From Lachnospiraceae bacterium (GTDB taxonomy: Bacteria; Bacillota; Clostridia; Lachnospirales; Lachnospiraceae), in assembly GCA_045546255.1 (NCBI GenBank), contig JAZQCK010000038.1, positions 1,613-65,612 of the forward strand: a stretch of 64,000 nt of DNA, given 5' to 3'. The notes below the pieces were generated by a model. It did not search any database. It saw only the letters and a list, made by a program, of their open reading frames with translations, and was not told the DNA's origin. Made by a program: the position numbers and the translations under genes. The first letter of the stretch is position 1, and every line of letters starts with the position of its first letter. Shown here one piece after another: positions 9,462 through 16,914 of the stretch.

Positions 9462-10655
9462 TCACGAAATAATACACGGCAGTCCGTGCTCTTCCAGCTG
9501 AATATCCAGCTCGATCATGTCATAGATTTCATTCTCAATAAAGTAAGAGAAAATGATGTCCGTTTTGTCGCAGGGAGACAGTGCATAGCCTGCTCTTGCG
9601 AGAAGATCTCGCGATTCATCCAGGTTCAGTTTTGCACCGACACAAAGGCAGAGCGCCGTCAGTTTCTGCGGATGATACGAAGCATCATTCTTGATCTTAG
9701 AAAAAACTTTTCGGTCAACGATTGCTCGTTTATAGACCTCGGAATTTTTCAGTCCTTTCTCTTCGATCAGATACATCAGATATTCAGAAAACGTATCGGA
9801 AAGATGTTTGATCCGCTCTTCAATCTTTCGTTCGTGGTCTTCAATATCCAGGAACGAAGGAGGCTGCGCTGCATTAGAAGTCGGTTCTGCTGCTTCCCGA
9901 TAGGAAGCGGCGCTTTCAGTATAGTAAGCTGCGCTATCGGCTGCCACCGTAAAATGCGGGCGGTCTTCTTCCGACAGTTCCTCCTCGAAAAGTTCTTCTT
10001 CTGAAAGTTCCGCCTCGTCGAAGTCATAGTACGCAGCCTCTTTCTTTTTGCGGCGCCTCGTCAGCAATTCACGAAACGACGGCCTGCCATACCCTCTGCC
10101 ATACTCTTCTTGTCTCTTCTCTTCGACATAATTCTGGTCGATATAGGCTTCCAGATCCGGATAAAGTTTTTCGCCTAGCGAAGTGGCTTTCTCATCAAAG
10201 ACGACGAGATAGATTTCCATTTCATTTCCAAGAAGAAACGAATTGATCTCATCAACTGCGATCCGCATGCCCTCTTCTTTTGGATAGCCGAATCCACCAG
10301 TAGAGATCAAAGGGAACGCAATCGAGCGAATCCGGTTTTCTTTCGCGATCCGTAAACTGTTTCGATAGCAGGCGCGGAGCTTTTCTTCCTCGCCCTCGCT
10401 GCCATCCACATAATATGGGCTGACCGCATGAATGATATACTTTGCAGGAAGCGCGAAGCCGGGAGTCAGGAACGCTTCGCCTTCCGGAACAGAACCGATC
10501 TTTTCCGTCCTGTACCGAAGGAGCTCCTCATATCCGGCCGCCTGATAGACAGCGCTGTCACAGCCGGTCCCGACGGTCGGCTGATCATTCGCCGTATTTA
10601 CAATGGCTTCCGTATTCATTTTTGTTATGTCGTTTCTAACGATCTTGAGCGACAT
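9462..10655 (-). CDS. macro domain protein (ADP-ribose binding/hydrolase) with a C-terminal XRE-like HTH region
   Basis: IVRNDITKMNTEAIVNTAN...GTGCDSAVY macro signature. Start set at MSLKIV with GGAGGG 8 nt upstream. Confidence 0.8.
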   Translation of the reverse strand: MSLKIVRNDITKMNTEAIVNTANDQPTVGTGCDSAVYQAAGYEELLRYRTEKIGSVPEGEAFLTPGFALPAKYIIHAVSPYYVDGSEGEEEKLRACYRNSLRIAKENRIRSIAFPLISTGGFGYPKEEGMRIAVDEINSFLLGNEMEIYLVVFDEKATSLGEKLYPDLEAYIDQNYVEEKRQEEYGRGYGRPSFRELLTRRRKKKEAAYYDFDEAELSEEELFEEELSEEDRPHFTVAADSAAYYTESAASYREAAEPTSNAAQPPSFLDIEDHERKIEERIKHLSDTFSEYLMYLIEEKGLKNSEVYKRAIVDRKVFSKIKNDASYHPQKLTALCLCVGAKLNLDESRDLLARAGYALSPCDKTDIIFSYFIENEIYDMIELDIQLEEHGLPCIIS

Positions 10656-10656
10656 C

Positions 10657-10962
10657 TTATATCCCTCCGGTATATCCAAAGCCACTGGAAAGTTCTGTCA
10701 GATCGCCGGGCATAATATCAATATCCTCGCCTTTTGCGATTCGTTTGCCAACCTCAGGATCCAGCTCATATTCTGTGCCGCAGCAGCTCATTCTCACATA
10801 GTAGTGTTTATCCCACTTAAAACACGGAATAAAGAAGAGTGACAAAACCGTGTAAGTCATATAGACGACATAACTTCCGAGGCGGCCGCACTTTGCGCAG
10901 GTCACCATCCTGTGATATTCAAATTCTTTGGAACCTTGAGAGATTCCGATCATAAAAAACAT
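10657..10962 (-). CDS. zinc-ribbon membrane protein
   Basis: CAKCG ... CCG Cys pairs flank a TM segment. Translationally coupled to the macro gene. Confidence 0.5.
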   Translation of the reverse strand: MFFMIGISQGSKEFEYHRMVTCAKCGRLGSYVVYMTYTVLSLFFIPCFKWDKHYYVRMSCCGTEYELDPEVGKRIAKGEDIDIMPGDLTELSSGFGYTGGI

Positions 10963-11090
10963 GCCGTCTCCTTAAACAGTAACTAAAACTTGCTTCCACC
11001 TTTGCATGCTCAAGTTCCTGACGTGCTTCATACAGCGCACGGTCGCGGGCAATCCGCGCTTCATCTTCCTTAAGCTGTGCACTATACCGT

Positions 11091-11357
11091 TTACGGTTTT
11101 TTATAAGAATATGGATTTTTATTTTCCTGTTCTTGCTTTGGCATCGTGTTGACCGACGTATTTGCCCAGCCTAAAACGACTGTGATCAAAAGTGCATGCA
11201 GGATCCAGAAAACGATCGGGATCACGATCAGCCACAGCGGCCATCCAAGCGCAAAGTGCAAAATGATCAGCACGCACACGGCGACCAGCCAGTATGCACG
11301 AAACAGCATATTGATGATAACGCTTAAAACAAAGCCATGTCCGATTGCCCGTTTCAT
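11091..11357 (-). CDS. small integral membrane protein
   Basis: 88 aa with three hydrophobic segments. Confidence 0.5.
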   Translation of the reverse strand: MKRAIGHGFVLSVIINMLFRAYWLVAVCVLIILHFALGWPLWLIVIPIVFWILHALLITVVLGWANTSVNTMPKQEQENKNPYSYKKP

Positions 11358-11369
11358 TGTTCCACTCCT

Positions 11370-11999
11370 TTATTTTGTGTGTTCGTAAAAATAATCTTCT
11401 GCTTCTTCATAATCCCAGAAGTCGTCAATGTGGTCGTAGTAAAAATCATCCGGATGCGCATATTCGTTTGCACCGTAAAAATCCTTTTTCCCGGAAGACG
11501 ACGGTTTGGATGACGACGGCTTGGTTGTCTGAGGTTCCTTTGCTGCCGTGGTTTGTTTCTCCGTTGATGGCTGCGAATAACCATGTGGTTTTACGCTGTA
11601 AGATCCGGAGCCCGCACCACTCTTCTTCTCAAGCTTCTCCTTAAACTCTTCGACCACCGCGTTCTGCTCGGCGGTTAACGATTCAAACTTCATCAAAGGG
11701 AGCCGCGTACGACCATAAAGAACATTTCCCACCTCATATTTCTTAACGCAATCGCAGAAAACAAGGAATGCATCCGTGTCCTTATAATGCTGGTCTTCAA
11801 TCGATAAAAACAGTTGCTCCGCTTCTTCCACATCCATCTGGATTGCTAAATCGACTGCTTTATTATAGGTTCCGCGAAAGCCCGTCTTTTGATAGATCAC
11901 GTTCGCTGCTACACCAATCACAGCGACTGCAAAAATAACTGCTATCACCAGAACCGCCAGCTTCGAACTGCTATTCATTTTTTTATTTTCTTCGTTCAT
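11370..11999 (-). CDS. membrane-anchored hypothetical protein
   Basis: N-terminal TM anchor and a low-complexity S/T/P-rich linker. Confidence 0.5.
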   Translation of the reverse strand: MNEENKKMNSSSKLAVLVIAVIFAVAVIGVAANVIYQKTGFRGTYNKAVDLAIQMDVEEAEQLFLSIEDQHYKDTDAFLVFCDCVKKYEVGNVLYGRTRLPLMKFESLTAEQNAVVEEFKEKLEKKSGAGSGSYSVKPHGYSQPSTEKQTTAAKEPQTTKPSSSKPSSSGKKDFYGANEYAHPDDFYYDHIDDFWDYEEAEDYFYEHTK

Positions 12000-12643
12000 A
12001 CGGACGTTTCTTCTCCGAAAATATCTTTGATTTTCTTCGCAACTGCAAGTCCGATTTTTTTATGTCCTTCCGGGTCAAGATGAACGCCATCTGCCGTAGA
12101 CGGTTCCGTTACCTTCGAAGCGTCCATAAAGTCCAGCTGATGCTCCCTTGCGATCTCCGCATAAAGTGCAGAGATTTTTTTCGATTCCACGCAGGAGTCA
12201 TGTCCTCCGCTTTCCATAATATCCTGGCGCAAAAGCACCGGTGAGACCAGGAGAATCTTCGCACCGTTTGGAAAAACAGGAGAAGAAAGGTTGAAGCGCT
12301 CATTTGCCGTCTTGGCTTTTGTAACAAGCCGTTCCATTCCGGCCGCACTTCCTTCCGCATCCGTTGTTTTCAAGTCATTTGTCCCCAGCATTAAAACCAT
12401 AAGGTCCAGCGGCTTATGGGATTGGAGTTCATAATCGAGCCCATCGAGTCCGTTCCTGCATCCTTTGAGCGGATCATCAAACATGCTTGTCCTTCCGTTC
12501 ATGCCCGCAGGAATGCAGCAGTATCCACAGCCAAGTTCGTGTGCACAGATGCTTGTCCACCGAAACTCATACGGATAACGCTCTCTGGTTTCCGGATCAA
12601 ATCCCCACGTATTGGAATCTCCATAAAACAAAATGTTTTTCAT
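11996..12643 (-). CDS. SGNH/GDSL hydrolase family esterase
   Basis: FYGDSNTWG block I, GTND block and a DGVH catalytic block. Confidence 0.8.
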   Translation of the reverse strand: MKNILFYGDSNTWGFDPETRERYPYEFRWTSICAHELGCGYCCIPAGMNGRTSMFDDPLKGCRNGLDGLDYELQSHKPLDLMVLMLGTNDLKTTDAEGSAAGMERLVTKAKTANERFNLSSPVFPNGAKILLVSPVLLRQDIMESGGHDSCVESKKISALYAEIAREHQLDFMDASKVTEPSTADGVHLDPEGHKKIGLAVAKKIKDIFGEETSV

Positions 12644-12692
12644 GCAGTCATTTTATCATATCCGGGACGCATCGGGGCTAAATCTATCAAAA

Positions 12693-12730
12693 AATGACCG
12701 CGTCTCTTTTTAAGAAGAAACGCGGTCATT
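12693..12730 (-). terminator. rho-independent terminator of the 12759-13031 gene
   Basis: AATGACCGCGT/ACGCGGTCATT stem followed by T6 on the minus strand. Confidence 0.65.
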
Positions 12731-12758
12731 ACTAATTTCTCTTATTAAGATTTAACGA

Positions 12759-13031
12759 TTAGTCTTTTTTGAAAAGGCCACCGATTTTATCGCCGAGTCC
12801 GCCAACCTTGTCACCGATGTTTTCGATGATATCAATTTTGCCGTCATCATCTTTATCCAAGTCAATTTTCCCTTTTATTCCGTCAACGATGCCTTTCAGC
12901 TGCTCATCCGGAAGATTAACTCCGATGATGCCTTCAACAGCCTTAACCGGGTCCTCTTTAAATTTTGCGGCGAGTTCAGGATCACCTTTTACCTTTGCCA
13001 ATACCTCATCAACTTTCGCTTTGATATCCAT
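12759..13031 (-). CDS. hypothetical small acidic protein
   Basis: Start set at MDIKAKV with AAGGAG 8 nt upstream. Repetitive DK/GG-rich tail. Confidence 0.5.
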   Translation of the reverse strand: MDIKAKVDEVLAKVKGDPELAAKFKEDPVKAVEGIIGVNLPDEQLKGIVDGIKGKIDLDKDDDGKIDIIENIGDKVGGLGDKIGGLFKKD

Positions 13032-13128
13032 AATACGACTCCTTTCCCTCATTTACTCCTAAGATAGGATCAACGATCATATCTTAATTGTTATTTTAAA
13101 ACTCTGCGCTGGTTTTTCAACTTTTTTG

Positions 13129-13158
13129 TTGTATATTCTTTTCTTTTGGTAGTATACA
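13129..13158 (+). promoter_or_regulatory. candidate promoter of peptide-mRNA module A (TTGTAT-N18-TATACA)
   Basis: The same sequence and spacing are conserved upstream of modules B and D. The spacer is suboptimal, so this is tentative. Confidence 0.35.
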
Positions 13159-13213
13159 ACTATTTTATCTGTATACGTTTGTTAAATATTTAGAAAAATC
13201 TAAAATAATAACT

Positions 13214-13481
13214 GGTGCTGCCTTAGCACGGTAGGTGGTTAGCCCTCCCCTCGGAGGGACTGTGACCCTCCGCTTATATAGAGTGATCTTGTGAAAGGAG
13301 GGCTAAGCCAATGAACGTAATTGACATAATTGCTGTGATCAGTTTTACACTGACATGCTTTCTTGCCGGTTACAGCATCGGCAAAAGATAGTAGTAAGAC
13401 ACAGAAATGACCGCCCCCTGCTCGGATGGCGGTCATTTCATTTTTGACCATAATCAGGGCTAACCGTCTATCGGCAGCACC
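13214..13481 (+). ncRNA. structured small-peptide transcript (type I toxin-like mRNA), module A
   Basis: 5' arm GGTGCTGCC..GGTTAGCCC is complementary to 3' arm GGGCTAACC..GGCAGCACC, which is followed by T5. Contains a perfect hairpin at 13252-13272, an anti-SD TTAGCCCTCC matching SD GGAGGGCTAA, and a GC hairpin at 13404-13439. Confidence 0.5.
13311..13391 (+). CDS. 26-aa hydrophobic peptide MNVIDIIAVISFTLTCFLAGYSIGKR (toxin-like)
   Basis: GGAGGG lies 8 nt upstream. Compared with the paralogue at 51275 there are 5 synonymous and 2 conservative codon changes. Confidence 0.55.
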   Translation: MNVIDIIAVISFTLTCFLAGYSIGKR

Positions 13482-13489
13482 TTTTTCGT
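13395..13489 (-). ncRNA. predicted antisense sRNA of module A
   Basis: Inferred from the consensus promoter at 13496-13524 and from the shared hairpin followed by a T-rich tract on the minus strand. Ends are approximate. Confidence 0.4.
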
Positions 13490-13495
13490 ATCTAA

Positions 13496-13524
13496 ATAAT
13501 ACTTTTATATCAGTGATAAGTCAA
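13496..13524 (-). promoter_or_regulatory. sigma-A-type promoter TTGACT-N17-TATTAT directed into module A
   Basis: Identical hexamers and spacing occur at the same relative position in modules B and C. Confidence 0.6.
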
Positions 13525-13525
13525 G

Positions 13526-14029
13526 TTAGGCTGTTCCCAGTTCTGTATATATCATCCCGTGTTTTCCTCGGTCGGAGCGCATGAGGGAAACGTTCTCCAC
13601 AAACATGCTGGCGACCGGAGGTCTGACAACTTCCACCGCCGTTTGATCCAGAAACTCTGCACGGCGGATCAGTGTAATATGTGGAGAAAACTTCTTTCGG
13701 TCGTAAGGGATGTTGTGCTCTGCCAGTGCCCTTCGGAGGCTCTTTACATAATGGTCCAGTTCCGGGGCCGGCTGAACCCCCACCCAGAACAAATCATGAA
13801 AATGGCCGACGCCGGAGAGATTCAAGTCGAAGGGTTCCAGTGTGATCGTTTCCATAACATCCAAAACAGCATTCGGATCTTTATACTCTCCAATAAAAGC
13901 AAGCGTCAGATGCAGGTTTTCCATGCGGGTGAAGCGCCCGTTCACGCCTCGATTCCTAAGGTCGCTTTGGAATCTCCTTAGCTCCCGTTTGATTTCATGA
14001 TCAAATTGGATCGCGATAAAAAGTCTCAT
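13526..14029 (-). CDS. thpR: RNA 2',3'-cyclic phosphodiesterase (2H phosphoesterase)
   Basis: Two HxT/S motifs (HLTLAF, HITLIR), 167 aa. Confidence 0.8.
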   Translation of the reverse strand: MRLFIAIQFDHEIKRELRRFQSDLRNRGVNGRFTRMENLHLTLAFIGEYKDPNAVLDVMETITLEPFDLNLSGVGHFHDLFWVGVQPAPELDHYVKSLRRALAEHNIPYDRKKFSPHITLIRRAEFLDQTAVEVVRPPVASMFVENVSLMRSDRGKHGMIYTELGTA

Positions 14030-14034
14030 TTTTA

Positions 14035-14880
14035 TTAATCGACGACTTCAACCAGCTCAATCGTAAAATTGAGTTCCTTTCCTGACATTTCATGGTTGGC
14101 ATCAAAAGTGATCGTCTTCTCATCTTTTGCAACAACTTTAACAGGGAATGGCTGACCATACATATTCTGCAGATAAACCTGCTGACCAGCTTCAAGTTCT
14201 TCCGAGCCCGGTATGCTTGCAATTTCCACCGAAAAGATTGCATCCGGATCCGGCTCGCCATATGCTTCGGACGGCATCAGGTGAACTTCAACGGTTTCAC
14301 CGACTTCCATATTTGCAACCGCTTCATCAAAGCCGCGGATCATCATGCCTGCGCCGCAGATAAATTCAAGCGGTTCACCGCGGTCATAGGAAGAATCAAA
14401 CTGTGTGCCATCATTAAAGGTTCCTCTATAGTGTGTGCGGCAGGTCTTTCCAACATTCTTTCCGGAAAACGGAGGCTCGCTATGGCATCCGCCGCAGCTT
14501 CCGCATCCATGCTCGCCGCAATCATGATCGGAACAATCGTGATCTTCGCCGTGATGATCGCAGTTTGCTCCTGTGTTGACCAGTTCGCCACGCAGATATG
14601 CTTCCACTGCTTCATCCGCATTTCCGGATGCGCCTGCACAAAGCTCGATCCCGCGCTCTTCCAGGGCAGCTTGTGCGCCGCCTCCGATTCCGCCACAGAT
14701 CAGAACATCGATTGCTTTTTCGTCAAGCATCGCTGCCAGTGCTCCGTGACCGCTGCCGTTGGAGCCGATCACTTCTGAAGACTTGATGACGCCGTCTTCG
14801 ACTTCATAAACTTTGAATTCTTCGGAATGTCCAAAATGCTGGAAAACTTCTCCGTTGTCATGTGTGACTGCTATTCTCAT
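14035..14880 (-). CDS. NifX/NifB-like cofactor-binding domain fused to an FKBP-type (SlyD-like) peptidyl-prolyl isomerase
   Basis: The N-terminal roughly 100 aa are NifX-like (FGHSEEFKVYEV...VLICGGIGGGA). A His/Cys/Asp-rich linker follows. The C-terminal FKBP domain has an insert-in-flap. Confidence 0.7.
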   Translation of the reverse strand: MRIAVTHDNGEVFQHFGHSEEFKVYEVEDGVIKSSEVIGSNGSGHGALAAMLDEKAIDVLICGGIGGGAQAALEERGIELCAGASGNADEAVEAYLRGELVNTGANCDHHGEDHDCSDHDCGEHGCGSCGGCHSEPPFSGKNVGKTCRTHYRGTFNDGTQFDSSYDRGEPLEFICGAGMMIRGFDEAVANMEVGETVEVHLMPSEAYGEPDPDAIFSVEIASIPGSEELEAGQQVYLQNMYGQPFPVKVVAKDEKTITFDANHEMSGKELNFTIELVEVVD

Positions 14881-14938
14881 ATTGGTACTCCTTATGTTTT
14901 ATTCTGCAATATCTTAACCCACATAAGTGGTGATGTCA

Positions 14939-15883
14939 TTATCTATTTGTAACAGACCGCTCTCCTGTTAACTTCGCTTCTTCTCCCGAACTGACATATC
15001 CCAGCTGCTCTCCCATAATTTCCTTCATGATCTCAAAGGCAGGAAGCCCGGTGCAGTGACAGGTCAGGAATTTGCTTTTATATGTTTTCAGTTCTTTCGC
15101 AATGCTCCTGATCTCTTCGATCTGTTCTTCTTTATAATCCGTCTTTTTCATCAGGTGAAAGCCGCTGATCACAAGGTCCGGATCATCGCCGTAGAGTTTT
15201 CGGTATTCATCCAGGATGCTTAAGATCCCGTTATGTGCACAGCCTGACATCAGAACATGCATTCCTTCGTCATGGATGACGAGATACTGTTCATGCTCAA
15301 AGTTGTCACGAATGAATTCAGAAGGATGTTCTGCTCTTTCAGGCTGTGTTTTGTTATCCCCGGTTTTCTCCAAAAGACTCCGGTTCGTAAAGGGCAGCTC
15401 ATGGCTGCGCTCGGGAATCGTAAAGAGCGCGAGTTCTTCGTCAATTTGATAATTGCCATGTAGTTTCTTTATTTGTGGAAGCTCTGCGATCCGTTTATCA
15501 ACTCCGATATAACGGTAACGCTGTTCTGCATGCTTTCCTTCATCTGCATAATAATCGCCGAAGGCAGATTCCTGGAGATAGATGGTGAAGCTTGTTTCTG
15601 TTTGCGAGTGATCGATGACATCTGCTGCCGCCCCCGCCTGTCTTTTCTCAGCAAATGGAAGAATGCCGCCGGAATGATCATAGTGGCCGTGGCTTAGGAT
15701 GACCGTGTCAATTGTTCCAAAATCGATCCCCAGCTCCTTTGCATTCTCAAGCGTCTCTTCCGATGGACCCAGATCCATCAGGAGTTTATGATGATCTGTC
15801 TCTATATAGAAGGAGAGCCCATGCGCTGCTTTGCAGCCTTTCATCCCTTCAGTATTTTCAATCAGGTTTATGATTCGCATCAC
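14939..15883 (-). CDS. MBL-fold metallo-hydrolase
   Basis: HGHYDHSGG motif. Confidence 0.8.
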   Translation of the reverse strand: MMRIINLIENTEGMKGCKAAHGLSFYIETDHHKLLMDLGPSEETLENAKELGIDFGTIDTVILSHGHYDHSGGILPFAEKRQAGAAADVIDHSQTETSFTIYLQESAFGDYYADEGKHAEQRYRYIGVDKRIAELPQIKKLHGNYQIDEELALFTIPERSHELPFTNRSLLEKTGDNKTQPERAEHPSEFIRDNFEHEQYLVIHDEGMHVLMSGCAHNGILSILDEYRKLYGDDPDLVISGFHLMKKTDYKEEQIEEIRSIAKELKTYKSKFLTCHCTGLPAFEIMKEIMGEQLGYVSSGEEAKLTGERSVTNR

Positions 15884-15893
15884 TCTTTACTCC

Positions 15894-16724
15894 TCATGCT
15901 GCCAGGTCATCCAATGATTCGCTGTTGATCGGGAAAGTGAAGTAGGTGTTTGGATACGGCTCGTTTTCCAGAGTGAAATGCCACCACTCTTCCACCAGCG
16001 GTTTAAAGCCGTGCGCTAGCATCGCATCACGAAGGATCATGCGGTTTGCATACTGCTCGTCCGTGATCCCGGTGTAGTCCGGATGACTGAGTTCGCCGAA
16101 GTAGTCAAAAGTGCCTCCCATGTCCACTTCCTTTTCCGTGGTCATGTCAAACAACGTCAAATCGACCGTGCTTCCACGACTGTGGCCAGAGTGCTCGGCA
16201 ATGTACCCCTGCGGGAAGAGCACATCCTTTTCCAGTTCCGGATAGAAGTACTGCTTCATGCGCGTGTCCTTTTCATCTTTCGCCCAGTTGACAAAATTCG
16301 TGACCGCCATCTGCGGACGGTAGGCATCATAGATTTTAAGGCGATATCCCTTCTGAACCAATTCGTCGCTGACCTCTTTTAGAGCCGCAGCTGCTTCCTT
16401 TGTAAGGAACGCCAAAGGCTCTTCGTATCCATCGATCCGATCGCCGACAAAATTATAGGTCGAATAATAGCGGATCTCTAAGATCGCATCCGGCACCGCT
16501 TCACTGAGCAGAACAAAATCCGATGAATCATTCGATAAAATGATGCCGTCTTCTTCCACTTCCGTAACCGGCTCTCCGGAAGGAGTCAGCTCGCTTTCCT
16601 GTTCTGCCGCTGTGACAGATTCCGATTCTGCCGCCGGATTCGTCTCCTGTTTCCCGCAGCCAAAAAGCGTGGCTAAAAGCAGGACTGATATGATTGAAAT
16701 CGCGATGAGTTTTTTGATGATCAT
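15894..16724 (-). CDS. M15 family D-alanyl-D-alanine dipeptidase (VanX-like), lipoprotein
   Basis: Lipobox LFGC. SGHSRGSTVD and EWWHF zinc-site motifs. Confidence 0.75.
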   Translation of the reverse strand: MIIKKLIAISIISVLLLATLFGCGKQETNPAAESESVTAAEQESELTPSGEPVTEVEEDGIILSNDSSDFVLLSEAVPDAILEIRYYSTYNFVGDRIDGYEEPLAFLTKEAAAALKEVSDELVQKGYRLKIYDAYRPQMAVTNFVNWAKDEKDTRMKQYFYPELEKDVLFPQGYIAEHSGHSRGSTVDLTLFDMTTEKEVDMGGTFDYFGELSHPDYTGITDEQYANRMILRDAMLAHGFKPLVEEWWHFTLENEPYPNTYFTFPINSESLDDLAA

Positions 16725-16834
16725 ATTTCGATTACCCCTTATTGGTTTTATTTATTTTACCACGTCTGCCGAGCAAATCGATATTCCGTCTGAAAAATGA
16801 TCAGCATTTTTCATGATTCACTGAATGACCTCAT

Positions 16835-16850
16835 CAAATATTGATATTTG
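16835..16850. promoter_or_regulatory. perfect palindrome CAAATAT-TG-ATATTTG upstream of araA (candidate operator)
   Basis: Read directly from the sequence, 65 nt upstream of the araA ATG. Confidence 0.35.
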
Positions 16851-16869
16851 CGCATGATTTCTCCCGGTG

Positions 16870-16884
16870 CCACAATGATTGTGG
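16870..16884. promoter_or_regulatory. perfect palindrome CCACAAT-G-ATTGTGG upstream of araA (candidate operator)
   Basis: Read directly from the sequence, 31 nt upstream of the araA ATG. Confidence 0.35.
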
Positions 16885-16914
16885 GGTAGTTTGTATTTTT
16901 ATAAGGAGAAAAAC

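Noticed and set aside
10963-11090. Coiled-coil-like open frame (..AQLKEDEARIARDRALYEARQELEHAKVEAS..) between two minus-strand genes.
   Set aside because: The frame has no start codon and stops lie just upstream. At most it is a gene fragment.
13239-13451. 70-aa minus-strand ORF across module A, and its 81-aa counterpart at 51170-51415.
   Set aside because: Both are partly conserved only because the underlying DNA is conserved. Both start at or rely on non-ATG or unsupported starts, have no RBS, and run through hairpins. The A-versus-C substitution pattern is synonymous in the plus-strand 26-aa frame, not in this frame.
13214-13481. Alternative reading of the module arms as terminal inverted repeats of a MITE-like mobile element.
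   Set aside because: There are no target-site duplications and no transposase. The arm difference between copies A and B is compensatory, which is not expected for independent TIR decay. The conserved internal promoter, SD, ORF and hairpin logic fits an expressed locus better. This reading is not fully excluded.
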